Below, in pieces: positions 24,340 to 36,002 of a DNA stretch of 64,000 bases (the stretch's first letter is position 1; each line of letters opens with the position of its first letter). A program made the position numbers and the translations under genes. The notes below the pieces were generated by a model. It saw only the letters and a list, made by a program, of their open reading frames with translations, was not told the origin of the DNA and made no database searches. The DNA comes from Mobula hypostoma (lineage: Eukaryota), in assembly GCF_963921235.1 (NCBI RefSeq), contig NC_086108.1:25978001-26042000 (forward strand), read 5' to 3'.

Positions 24340-25610
24340 TTCAGGAATGGAAGAATTTTACAACAGGACAGTTTGCTAATGAGCCTTGATTGCAATCAGT
24401 TCTACTACAGTACAAAACCTTCTACAATGTTTCTCTTCCACGAATTACAGGCTCTACATTGGAACGTTTTTACTAAAGGTCCATTGTACAAAGGATTACT
24501 TCCACAATAGGACAGCTGACACAATCCCTATTTTACTTTGTGCAAATACCACAATTGTTAGGTTCCATTTTGGTTGTGTTCTATTATTGGTGAATGCTAT
24601 AATGGGATCTTCTACCCTTGATTAAATTTGAATAGGACACATTTAACAAAGAGTAGAGACTACATTGGATGCCTTCAGTAATGGGCTGGACTACAAGAGT
24701 GTTTTCTATACAGTAATAGGTGATTTTTACTTAGAGCCATTTATGCTATTGTTATTTTTTCATAATTAGGAGTTTTGTAATAGATGTCACAAATGGGTGA
24801 TTTCAAATTCTTCAATATCTTGGTTCTATGGATTATAAAACAATGAATGAGTTTTATAATGGCATGTTCTAAATTGCAGTTTTGGATAGGTTCTACCATC
24901 AGTAGATTGGATCTAATAAGGGATGTTTCTCTAGCAGAATAATTTGGGAATGGGTATTTTCTACAATGAAGTGCTTCTACAACAAGCAGATCCTACATTG
25001 TGTGATAGGTGATCTTGACAGTATGAATTTACAATGGGTAAGCTTTATACATTTTGCAATCAGTAAGTTTCAAGAAAGAATTGGTGTGTTCTTGGGGAAG
25101 GGGAGGGCAAGCTTCTGAAGTAAAGGTAGAGTCAATAATTGGGTTCTACAAAAGATAATTTCTACAGTGGCTGGTTCCTTCAGTATATGACTTCTACAAT
25201 ACTTGGATTGTACAATCAGTATATTCTTCAATAGATTAGTTCTATAATAGCTGGCTTTTGAATTGGGTAATTGCTACAATGGGTATCTCCTACAATCATG
25301 CCTTTTCAATGGGAAGATTAAGCAGTCTGTGAGTAGTTACATTCTATAATGGATATTTCCTAACATCTCTGAACTGAGCGAGCATTGTAATTGATTAGTT
25401 CTATAAGAAGCTATTCAGCAACTAGTGGTTCTGAATTGTATGTGTTTTATACAGCAAGATCTACAATCAGGTGGGCTTCCATGATGGCCAGGTTCCAAGC
25501 CAATGGTTTAGAAAATGAATGGGCCTTTTGGTGGCTTGATTCGACAAGTTAGCCTCTACAATAGCTGTAGTCTACAACAGACAGGTTTATAATCAGTGTG
25601 TTCGTTAATG
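24340..25610. repeat. Degenerate 16-bp-period tandem array (TTCTACAA(T) core plus variable ~7-8 nt)
   Basis: Cores in exact register at 25144, 25160, 25192, 25208, 25224, 25240, 25256, 25272 and 25288; motif recurs throughout the interval. Confidence 0.8.
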
Positions 25611-25754
25611 TGAAGGAAAATCTGCAGAGTCTGCATACTTCTTATAAATCTGACCAGCAACGACTAGCAGTTAATTTTTCTTTACCGTAAATCACTTTCC
25701 ATTATCAGTATTTCATGTTATGGTGAGCTCCCTCAAAGGGTTCCATACTTCTGC

Positions 25755-25990
25755 ATTTTCACCAGCAACCCGGGTTCAATTCCTGCCACTATTTGAAGGA
25801 GTCTGTACCTTCTCCCCATGACTGCATGGGTCTTCTCCCACAGTTCAAAGACACACCAATTGATAGGTTAATTGGTTATTGCAAATTGTACTGTGATTAA
25901 ACTGGAGTTAAATTGAGGCCTGCTGTGAGGCATGGTTCAAAGGGCTAGAAGAACCTATTTTGCGCTGTATCTCAACAAGTAAGAATATAA
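25755..25990 (+). mobile_element. tRNA-derived V-SINE-like element
   Basis: B-box gggttcaattcc followed by V-domain-like ttctccccatgactgcatggg...ctcccacagttcaaagac...aggttaattgg. Confidence 0.75.
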
Positions 25991-26884
25991 GTAAATGTCC
26001 AAGGCAAGCAGTTGTCTCCTGCATGGTGAGCCGTCCCCACCACCTCCATTTAAACTCCTTAATCTAAGAGACAACAGTTACTGCAGTGGCACCAACAGCA
26101 CTTGTTCAATTTTTGACTAAGCAATTGAACTCCACCAGAATTGCAACATTCAACGCTGATTTATCAGCCAAGATGCAACTGGCAGCCTAATAAGCTTCCT
26201 ATCCTTACTATATCCAGGTTAATTACTGAAATGCTCTTCCTCCTCACTGGATTATTCTCAATTTAGCATCCAACTTTATTCAAGAAGTTTGGGCCCTATC
26301 TAAAAATAGTGGACAGAAAGGTTTCAAACCAAGTGAGAGAACTTAAAGGGTTGTGTGCTATTGATGAATTGAGTAGTTTGGGGGCTACAATAAGTTATCT
26401 GTTATCACTTAAAAATACGTCTTTAATAAAATTAGAAGGAGGCAATTGTAAGTGAAAAGGAAGAGTGGTTCCCAGGTTTACATATTAGTCGTAGTATTCT
26501 GTGTGTGAGGCGACAAATGAAACCCAGAATGGACCTGTTTATGAAATAATAATCAAAATCCAGCAGGCAAAGAGCTAGCTTGAGTGACAGGATTCTGGAA
26601 GCAAAGAGACAAGAGGCAGATGGGTAGTGACAGGTAAGCTCTGACAAGAATAGAGGGAAAACGTCTGGAAGAGTCAGATTCAGCTGTGGAGGCACAAAGC
26701 ATGAAGAAAAGCTGCTAAAGCTGCTTTTACAAAAGTGCAATCCCACAGAGAAAGCATAAGCAATTTGCAAAGTCACAGCTTATATTACTCTTACTTTTTC
26801 ACCATGGAGCATGCTCTAACACCATTTTCTCACAACCAGGAGTAGTGAGCTCTGTCTCCAAAATATTTATTTGCATTTACACAA

Positions 26885-27570
26885 AGCACAGAGAACACTA
26901 CAGCACAGTACAAGGCCTTTGGTCCACAATGTTATGCCAATCTTTTAACGTACTCTTAGATCAATGTAGTCCTTTCCTCCCACATAGCCCTACATTTTTC
27001 CATCATCCATGTGCCTATCAAGGAGTTTCTCACATTTTCTTAATGTATCTGCCTCTACCACCACTCTTGGCAGTGGGTTCATTGCACCAAGCATGCATAA
27101 TAAAACTACCTCTGACATTCCCCTGTACTTTCACCCAAACACCTTAAAGTTATGCCTCCTCATGTTAGCCATTTCCCTCTTGGGAAAATGTCACAGGGTA
27201 TCCCATTGATCTCTGCATCCTGTGATCTTATATACCACAAGCAAGTCATCTCTCATTCGCCTTCACCCCAAAGAGAAAAACCCTAGCTCACTCAACCCAT
27301 TCTCATAAGAGTTCATTTCTAATCCAGGCAGCAGCCTGGTAAATCTTCTCTGCATCCTCTCTAAGGCTTCCACATCATTCCTATAATGAGGTGATCAAAA
27401 CTGAGCGTGATATTCCAAGTGTGATATAACCAGGGTTTTAAAGAACTGCAACATTACCTCACGGCTCTTGAACTCAGCCGTCTGTGTAATGAAAGCCAAC
27501 ATATCATATGCCTTCTTAACAACTCTATCAACCTGCACGGCAACTTCGAGGGAATTATAGACATGTACTA
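26885..27570 (-). mobile_element. CR1 3' fragment
   Basis: agaacactacagcacagtacaaggccttt tail; body similar to positions 1-210. Confidence 0.8.
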
Positions 27571-27915
27571 ATTAAGCTTATTCATGGATGAATTTTAAGC
27601 GGTTATTAAAGTTTCTGCAATTTTCAGATATATGTGCTTGTATTTTTACCTTTGGTTCCATCACATCCTAAAATAATCATGTAGACTGGAGGGCAAACAG
27701 ACTTGTAGCAGTTCCAATAGATGGAGGTTATTTCCTTTGGATAAATTTGTCTGCATCTGCTTCAAATATCCCTTAAGGGTAATACACTAATGTAAAAATT
27801 CAGTGTAGAAGGCAACATGTGACAATGTTGGAGTACATCATCAATATTAATGAACAAACATCAGAAAATATATGAACTGGTTCCACGTCGGCTTCAGGAC
27901 ATTGGAAGTAATGTA

Positions 27916-28526
27916 CGAGGGGTGACTGATATATTCGTGGCCTAAGATAGAAAGAGTCAATTTTAGAAAACCTAGCACATTTATTTTTCAACATAGTCCC
28001 CTCCTACATTTACACACTTAGTCCAGCGGTCGTGGAGCATACGGATCTTGGACCTCCAGAAAGTGTCCACAGCAGGGGCGATCGATAAGTTTGTGGCCTA
28101 AGGTAGAAGGAGATGGGTTATACGGCTCTCATTACATGCACGTGCAGTTCAACTCTTTGAGTGATTATGCAGAAAGTTTGAAGTTAATAACTCATCAGTT
28201 AATAACATCAGGGGTGATTGATATCTTCGTGGCCTAAGGCAGAGGAGATGAGTTATTAACTGCAAACTTTCTGCATAATCACTCAAAGAGTTGAACTGCA
28301 TGTGCATGTAACGAGAGCCGTATAACTCATCTCCTTCCACCTTAGGCCGCAAACTTATCAATCACCCTGCTGTGGACACTTTCTGGAGGTCCAACATCCG
28401 TATGCTCCACGACCGCTGGACTAAGTGTGTAAATGTAGGAGGGGACTATGTTGAAATATAAATGTGCTAGGTTTTCTAAAATTGACTCCTTCTACCTTAG
28501 GCCACGAACATATCAATCACCCCTTG
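27916..28526. mobile_element. Mariner-derived fold-back non-autonomous element with internal TIR copies
   Basis: TA on both flanks; ~280-bp inverted arms; each arm encodes the mariner C-terminus DRWTKCVNVGGDYVE. Confidence 0.9.
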
Positions 28527-29219
28527 TATGTTCACTCTGACGGTGCCTTCCACAGTGGGAATGTGTACCATACCATGAATAAGCATAACATGTCCTTCTA
28601 CCGATATATACATATTTAAATAGATATTTTGACATCAACATTTATGGCTGTGTTAAATCTATGTTGGGCACTGAGTTGGCGTTAATATGACTCAAAGTAA
28701 CCTCAGCACCTGGAATCTCAGCACAGTAATAATTCAGTATAAAAGTTATTAGTCCAAATACCATCTTAATGCCTTCAGGTTTATTCTGTTGCAAATATTA
28801 TAATGTTCTTTAAACAACTTGACTTTACAGTGAATTATTTTGCCGGCTTTATCAATTAAAACTGATGTAATAAGTTAATTCAAATTTTCCAGACTTACCC
28901 AGCAATTAATATACAAATACCCATAAATAATTTTTAAATCCAATAGAATAATGTCATTTGAATGTTTAAGAAATGAGCAGAAACTAATTTCATGCCCAGA
29001 GCAATTGGTGGGCTTTCTCTCTGAAAAGATTCACCCCGTTAGCTGGCGTGAGAGACTACAGATGCTGGAAATCTGGAGCAAACACACAAAACACTAGAGG
29101 AACTCAGCATGTTAGGCAGTATCTATAGGGGAAAGTAAACAGTTGAAGCTCAGGCTGAGACCTTTTATCCTGATACATTCTGTTGTGTGTTTAATACTTC
29201 AAAAATATTTGCGTATTCT

Positions 29220-29228
29220 TGTGTGTGC

Positions 29229-29302
<74 letters not shown>
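29220..29302. repeat. Compound (TG)n(TA)n(GA)n microsatellite
   Basis: Directly visible. Confidence 0.95.
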
Positions 29303-29305
<3 letters not shown>

Positions 29306-29427
29306 TGATAAGCATTCTTGTTCATTTAAATAATTAATTATGGTTTATATATAAAAACATATTAATTGCATGTGTTATCACACTTCCACGTGATACATGC
29401 ATGTGCCTCACTTAAAGTAAAGATAAA

Positions 29428-30389
29428 GCAACACACACAGAATGCTGGAGGAACTCAGCAGGCCAGGCAGCATCTATGGAGACAAGTACAGTTGACCTAT
29501 CGGGCCGAAACCCTTTGGCTGGACTGGAGAAAAAAAGCTGAGGAGTAGATTTGAATGGTGGGGGGAGGGAAGAAAGAAACGTCAGGGAATAGATGAAACC
29601 TGGAGGGAGAGGGATGAAGCAAAAAAGCAAAGAGCTAAGAAGTTGATTGGTGAAAAAGACAGAAGGCCATGGAAGAAAGAAGAAAGGCAGGGAGGAGCAC
29701 CAGAGGAAGGTGATGGGCAGGCACGGAGATGACATGAAAGAAGGACAAGCTGAATGGGAAATGGTGAAGGGGGTGGGGGAGGCACTACTGGAAGTTTGAG
29801 AAATCGATGTTCATGACATTAGTTTGGGGTTACCCAAACGGAAGATAAGGTGTTGTTCTTCCAACCTAAGTGTAGCCTTATCTCGACAGTGGATAACCCC
29901 AATCTCCCACCACGCTACCTGGTATAGGGTTCCTCTTGTCGTCACCTACCACCTCCAACCTGATAGCATGAACATTGAGTTCTCAAACTTCCAGTAATGC
30001 CTCCATCTCCCCCCGCTTATTATTTCCCTCCCCTTCTCCCTCTCTCATGTTACCTCCTTGCCTGCCCATCGCCTCCCTTTGGTGCTCCTCCCCCCTCCCT
30101 TTCTTCTTTCTTCCATGGCCTTCTGTCTCTTTCACCAATCAACTTCCTAGCTCTTTGCTTCATCCCTCTTCCTCCAAGTTTCACCTATTGCCTGACATTT
30201 CTCTCTCTCTTCCCCTCACCACCTTTCAAATCTATTCCTCAGCTTTTTTTCTCCAGTCCTGCTGAAGGTTTTCGGCTCGAAATGTTGACTGTACTTTTTA
30301 CCATAGATGCTGCCTGGCCTGCTGAGTTCCTTCGGCATTTTGTGTGTGTTGCTCAGATTTCCAGCATCTGCAGATTTTCTCTTGTTTGA
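29428..30389. mobile_element. Inverted pair of Penelope-like 3' ends with degenerate hammerhead motifs
   Basis: Antisense half 29428-29893 and sense half from about 29900 with RVPLVVTYH and LQPDSMNIEFSNFQ*; mutated cores near 29490-29527 (-) and 30255-30292 (+). Confidence 0.85.
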
Positions 30390-30475
30390 GATTTAAAGAT
30401 AAAATAAACACATTTCAGACTCCTGTGTCTTCATGTGAATTAATTTAATGTTTTTGAAGTTGCAAAGCATAATAA

Positions 30476-32022
30476 TGGTGGCAGGGTATTTCTAAAACAA
30501 ACCTCACACTGGTACCGATCTGTTAAAGTACAACAAGACGTTCAAACTACAAAAAAAATGCAGCAAGTTTAAAAAAAGCAACTCAGCATGTGTAGAGACG
30601 GTCTTCAGAAGGGAAATATAAGATTGAGTTTTTTTTAAGTCAGTAAATGGAAGAATTCATGGATTTATAAAGAGTGGGTACCAGGTGATAATTGTCATTA
30701 AAAAAAATCTGAAGTGTCTGCTACATCAGAAAGATTGACAAGTTTGATTACACAGCAAGTAATTGGCTTGTATATACTGAGCTATTGGAACAGTATATTG
30801 AAGCAAATGAAATAAGAAGTGAGTGCAAATTTTGCTGAGTGTATTAGGGTTAAAGGCATATAGCTTGCTTCACAGTTTGACTGCTCCAACCAAAGAATAA
30901 AGGAGCAGTGAGTTAGTCCTGACGAAGGGTCTCGGCCTGAAACGTCGACTGCGCCTCTTCCTATAGATGCTGCCTGGCCTGCTGCGTTCACCAGCAACTT
31001 TGATGTGTGTTGGTTGAATAAAGGAGCATTCTTGATATAATGCAGGAACATTTAGAACCAAAACAATTATTGATTGCAGAATGCTTTAGGTTTCATAAGT
31101 GGAATCAAAAAGAAGTGGAGTCCATTTCAGTGTATATCGCTGAATAAAAGAAATTGTCTGAGTATTGTCAGTTCGGTAATGGACTTAATTATATGGTACG
31201 AGATCATTTAGCTTGTGGAGTCTTAAAAGAAAACATTCATAAATGGCTCCTAACAGAAGCATAACTTATATTTAAAAGCGCAGTCAGAATCGTTGTTTCA
31301 ATGGAAACTGCAGACAGAGACGCAATTGAGTTGTAGTTAGGACTGAAAAGTGAGCGTCAACAAAATTGCATCACCTAAACAGAAACAGGCCTGCTGAACA
31401 AATAGTGCTACCATTACACCCAATAAATGTAGATTTAAAGCCGAAACTTGCAGAACATGCAACAAAGTAAGACACATACTAAGAGCATGTTGGACAGATA
31501 AAAATAAATGGTCTGCTCAAGGAAGAAAAAAAGCTAAAAAGTCAAGTTGCAGTTTCAGACAGAGCACTAATCCGGGTGCTGTTGATGAAAAATCTGACAG
31601 TGATTGACACAAGGTTGTGTAGCCTTGAGATTTACAGAGTGAAAATTAATAATAGACAAGCAATATGGATTACGCCAGACATGAATGGTAACTGAATTAA
31701 AATGAATTGGACTCTAGTTTGGCTGTTCTAGTCTTTACACAAAATGAGTTTTAATAGTATTTCAAAGATAACAAACTGAAGCTTGCCGATATCCAACTAA
31801 GACCTTATAATGGACAAAAGATAGTCCCTGTTGTAACAGTGAAATACAACAACCAGCAAGCCAAATTGATGGTAAAAACAGAAGGGCCAGTATCGTGGGG
31901 ACGAGATTGGCTGAGACAACTACAACTTGATTAGAAATCCATCCATCATTTGTATACCCCATCCCCTGCAATGAAGCTACTGAAAGCAAATTAAGAAAGG
32001 TACTGGATGATGCCACAACTGT
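30476..32022 (+). mobile_element. Decayed Gypsy gag-protease internal region
   Basis: Broken translation: KWLLTEA...SMETAD, zinc knuckle CRFKAETCRTCNKVRHILRAC (about 31428-31490), MELDSSLAV and GRDWLRQLQLD. Confidence 0.85.
30915..30950 (+). ncRNA. Minimal type I hammerhead ribozyme motif (Penelope-type), intact core
   Basis: AGTC-CTGACGA-AGG(gtctcgg)CCT-GAAA-CG-TC^-GACT, inside a 108-bp insertion flanked by direct repeat GAATAAAGGAGCA. Confidence 0.8.
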
Positions 32023-32221
32023 CTCAATGCCAAATACCATGAACCGGGTGCTAACAGAGGACAAACAGGCAATTGTTCCAGGCTTTGTACCTCTGGCTGG
32101 AAAGATTATTGGACGAAGGAAGGACCATGTTGTTCAGAGGAATCGTGAAAGTGATGAAAGCAAGTGGTCTGACTACAATAGTTTTTGTAGGTAACATATC
32201 TGAGAAAGCTTCTGATATGTT

Positions 32222-35129
32222 CTGAAGGCTTTATGTGTCAATGCAAGGAGCATTCATAATAAGGTGGATGAATTGAAAGTGCAGATTGTTATTAATGATT
32301 ATGATATAGTTGGGATCACAGAGACATGGCTCCAGGGTGACCAGGGATGGGAGCTCAACGTTCAGGGATATTCAATATTCAGGAGGGATAGACATGAAGG
32401 AAGGGGAGGTGGGGTGGCGTTGCTGGTTAAAGAAGAGATTGACGCAATAGAAAGGAAGGACATAAGCCGGGAAGATGTGGAATCGATATGGGTAGAGCTG
32501 CGTAGCACTAAGGGGCAGAAGACGCTGGTGGGAGTTGTGTACAGGCCACCTAACAGTAGTAGTGAGGTCGGAGATGGTATTAAACAGGAAATTAGAAATG
32601 TGTGCAATAAAGGAACAGCAGTTATAATGGGTGACTTCAATCTACATGTAGATTGGGTGAACCAAATTGGTAAAGGTGCTGAGGAAGAGGATTTCTTGGA
32701 ATGTATGCGGGATGGTTTTTTGAACCAACATATCGAGGAACCGACTAGAGAGCAGGCTATTCTGGACTGGGTTTTGAGCAATGAGGAAGGGTTAATTAGC
32801 GATCTTGTCGTGAGAGGCCCCTTGGGTAAGAGTGACCATAATATGGTGGAATTCTTCATTAAGATGGAGAGTGACATAGTTAATTCAGAAACAAAGGTTC
32901 TGAACTTAAAGAGGGGTAACTTTGAAGGTATGAGACGTGAATTAGCTAAGATAGACTGGCAAATGACACTTAAAGGATTGACGGTGGATATGCAATGGCA
33001 AGCATTTAAAGGTTGCATGGATGAACTACAACAATTGTTCATCCCAGTTTGGCAAAAGAATAAATCAAGGAAGGTAGTGCACCCGTGGCTGACAAGAGAA
33101 ATTAGGGATAGTATCAATTCCAAAGAAGTAGCATACAAATTAGCCAGAGAAACTGGCTCACCTGAGGACTGGGAGAAATTCAGAGTTCAGCAGAGGAGGA
33201 CAAAGGGCTTAATTAGGAAGGGGAAAAAAGATTATGAGAGAAAACTGGCAGAGAACATAAAAACGGACTGTAAAAGCTTTTATAGATATGTAAAAAGGAA
33301 AAGACTGGTAAAGACAAATGTAGGTCCCCTGCAGACAGAAACAGGTGAATTGATTATGGGGAGCAAGGACATGGCAGACCAATTGAATAATTACTTTGGT
33401 TCTGTCTTCACTAAGGAGGACATAAATAATCTTCCAGAAATAGTAAGGGACAGAGGGTCCAGTGAGATGGAGGAACTGAGTGAAATACATGTTAGTAGGG
33501 AAGTGGTGTTAGGTAAATTGAAGGGGATGAAGGCAGATAAATCCCCAGGGCCAGATGGTCTGCATCCTAGAGTGCTTAAGGAAGTAGCCCAAGAAATAGT
33601 GGATGCATTAGTGATAATTTTTCAAAACTCGTTAGATTCTGGACTAGTTCCTGAGGATTGGAGGGTGGCTAATGTAACCCCACTTTTTAAAAAAGGAGGG
33701 AGAGAGAAACCAGGGAATTATAGACCGGTTAGCCTAACGTCGGTGGTGGGGAAACTGCTGGAGTCAGTTATCAAGGATGTGATAACAGCAAATTTGGAAA
33801 GCGGTGAAATGATCGGACAAAGTCAGCATGGATTTGTGAAAGGAAAATCATGTCTGACGAATCTCATAGAATTTTTTGAGGATGTAACTAGTAGAGTGGA
33901 TAGGGGAGAACCAGTGGATGTGGTATATTTGGATTTTCAGAAGGCTTTTGACAAGGTCCCACACAGGAGATTAGTGTGCAAACTTAAAGCACACGGTATT
34001 GGGGGTAAGGTATTGGTGTGGGTGGAGAATTGGTTAGCAGACAGGAAGCAAAGAGTGGGAATGAACGGGACCTTTTCAGAATGGCAGGCGGTGACTAGTG
34101 GGGTACCGCAAGGCTCAGTGCTGGGACCCCAGTTGTTTACAATATATATTAATGACTTGGATGAGGGAATTAAATGCAGCATCTCCAAGTTTGCGGATGA
34201 CACGAAGCTGGGTGGCAGTGTTAGCAGTGAGGAGGATGCTAAGAGGATGCAGGGTGACTTGGATAGGTTGGGTGAGTGGGCAAACTCATGGCAGATGCAA
34301 TTTAATGTGGATAAATGTGAAGTTATCCAGTTTGGTGGCAAAAATAGGAAAACAGATTATTATCTGAATGGTGACCGATTAGGAAAAGGGGAGGTGCAAT
34401 GAGACCTGGGTGTCATTATACACCAGTCATTGAAAGTGGACATGCAGGTACAGCAGGCGGTGAAAAAGGCGAATGGTATGCTGGCATTTATAGCGAGAGG
34501 ATTCGAGTACTGGAGCAGGGAGGTACTTCTGCAGTTGTACAAGGCCTTGGTGAGACAACACCTGGAGTATTGTGTGCAGTTTTGGTCCCCTAATCTGAGG
34601 AAAGACATCTTTGCCATAGAGGGAGTACAAAGAAGGTTCACCAGATTGATTCCTGGGATGGCAGGACTTTCATATGAAGAAAGACTGGATGAACCGGGCT
34701 TGTACTCGTTGGAATTTAGAAGATTGAGGGGGATCTGATTGAAACGTATAAGATCCTAAAGGGATTGGACAGGCTAGATGCAGGAAGATTGTTCCCGATG
34801 TTGGGGAAGTCCAGAATGAGGGGTCACAGTTTGAGGATACAGGGGAAGCCTTTTAGGACCGAGATTAGGAAAAACTTCTTCACACAGAGAGTGGTGAATC
34901 TGTGGAATTCTCTGCCACAGGAAACTGTTGAGGCCAGTTCATTGGCTATGTTTAAGAGGGAGTTAGATATGGCCCTTGTGGCTACAGGGGTCAGGGGGTA
35001 TGGAGGGAAGGCTGGGGCGGGGTTCTGAGTTGGATGATCAGCCATGATCATAATAAATGGCGGTGCAGGCTCGAAGGGCCGAATGGCCTACTCCTGCACC
35101 TATTTTCTATGTTTCTATGTTTCTATGTT
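32222..35129 (+). mobile_element. 5'-truncated young CR1 LINE (ORF2 32264..34402, stop then frameshift), inserted in the RBM25 retrocopy
   Basis: 712-aa ORF nearly identical to 11490..13775; (TTCTATG)n tail; ATGTT microhomology at both junctions. Confidence 0.97.
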
Positions 35130-35300
35130 ATTTGGGTAGTTACTTGCAAAATGCGCCTTGGTTTTAAGCTGTAAGAGAATTCAAGGAGCTTCAGGAAAGT
35201 CTCAAGCATTCGGCTTTCATGAGTATAAAGATCCAGAATCTACTCTGTGTATATTGGATGAACTTCAAGTGGGAGACTGGAAAAGCTTGTAAAACTAGAT

Positions 35301-36002
35301 AGACAGATACTTTATAGATCCCAAAGGAAATTACAGCATCACAGCAGCATTAGAAGTTCACAGATATACAAGATTAGAAGAGAAGTAAGAAGAATATATT
35401 TCTAAAAAGTAAGTTACTTTAAACAGTCGAACAGGAAGGGGGTCATCACTTCCCCGGCTAAAGGGTGGCTCATGTTGAGGGTAAGAATGACTTCATACAG
35501 CAATCTTTGGAGCAATGCAGTTGTCTTAGTGTATTACTGAAAATGCTCTTCTTTTCAGCCAAGGTGGCACGCAGAATGTGAAAAACATTGTCCAGAATTG
35601 TCAGGATTTTCCATAGGGTCCTTTGTTCTACCACAGTCTCCAGTATGTCCAGTTTGACTGCTATAACAGAGCTAGCCTTTCTAATCAGTTTATTGAGCCT
35701 GTTGGCATCACCTTTTGATGCCTTTGCCCAACCACATAAAAGATAGTACTGTCAACAACAGACTGGTAGAACATGTGAAGGTGAGGCTTGTATACTCCAA
35801 AGGACTTCAGTCTTCTCAGGAGATAGAGGTGACTCCAGGCCTTCTTGTACACAGCCTCTAGGTTGGTGTTCCACTCAATTATGTCATCCAGGTGCACCCC
35901 CAGGTACTTGTAGGTTCTCACCACATTCATGTCCTCACCATCACTAGTAACAGAGAGCAGTGCAGTCTTCCTAAAGTTCATCACCATTTTGTTTGTATCC
36001 TT
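35301..36002 (-). mobile_element. Rex1/Babar-like LINE 3' fragment inserted in the RBM25 retrocopy
   Basis: ORF 35685..36011 has YKYLGVHLDD and LYLLRRLKSFGV; TAGAT duplicated at 35296-35300 and 36003-36007. Confidence 0.88.

Larger units (their letters stand above)
29181..30475 (+). mobile_element. Gypsy 5' LTR (same family as 41134-41349), expanded by a microsatellite and a Penelope insertion
   Basis: Starts TGTTGTG; shares cttaaagtaaa and cacatttcagact...gaagttgcaaagcataa with 41134-41349; followed by PBS-like tggtggcag. Confidence 0.75.

Noticed and set aside
24340..25610. CRISPR-like repeat-spacer array
   Set aside because: Eukaryotic context; the 8-9 nt core and 7-8 nt spacers are far too short, and there are no cas genes
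32222..36002. Inserts within RBM25 as real introns of a functional gene
   Set aside because: They are LINEs with tails or TSDs and lack GT-AG ends; the RBM25 pieces contain stops and frameshifts
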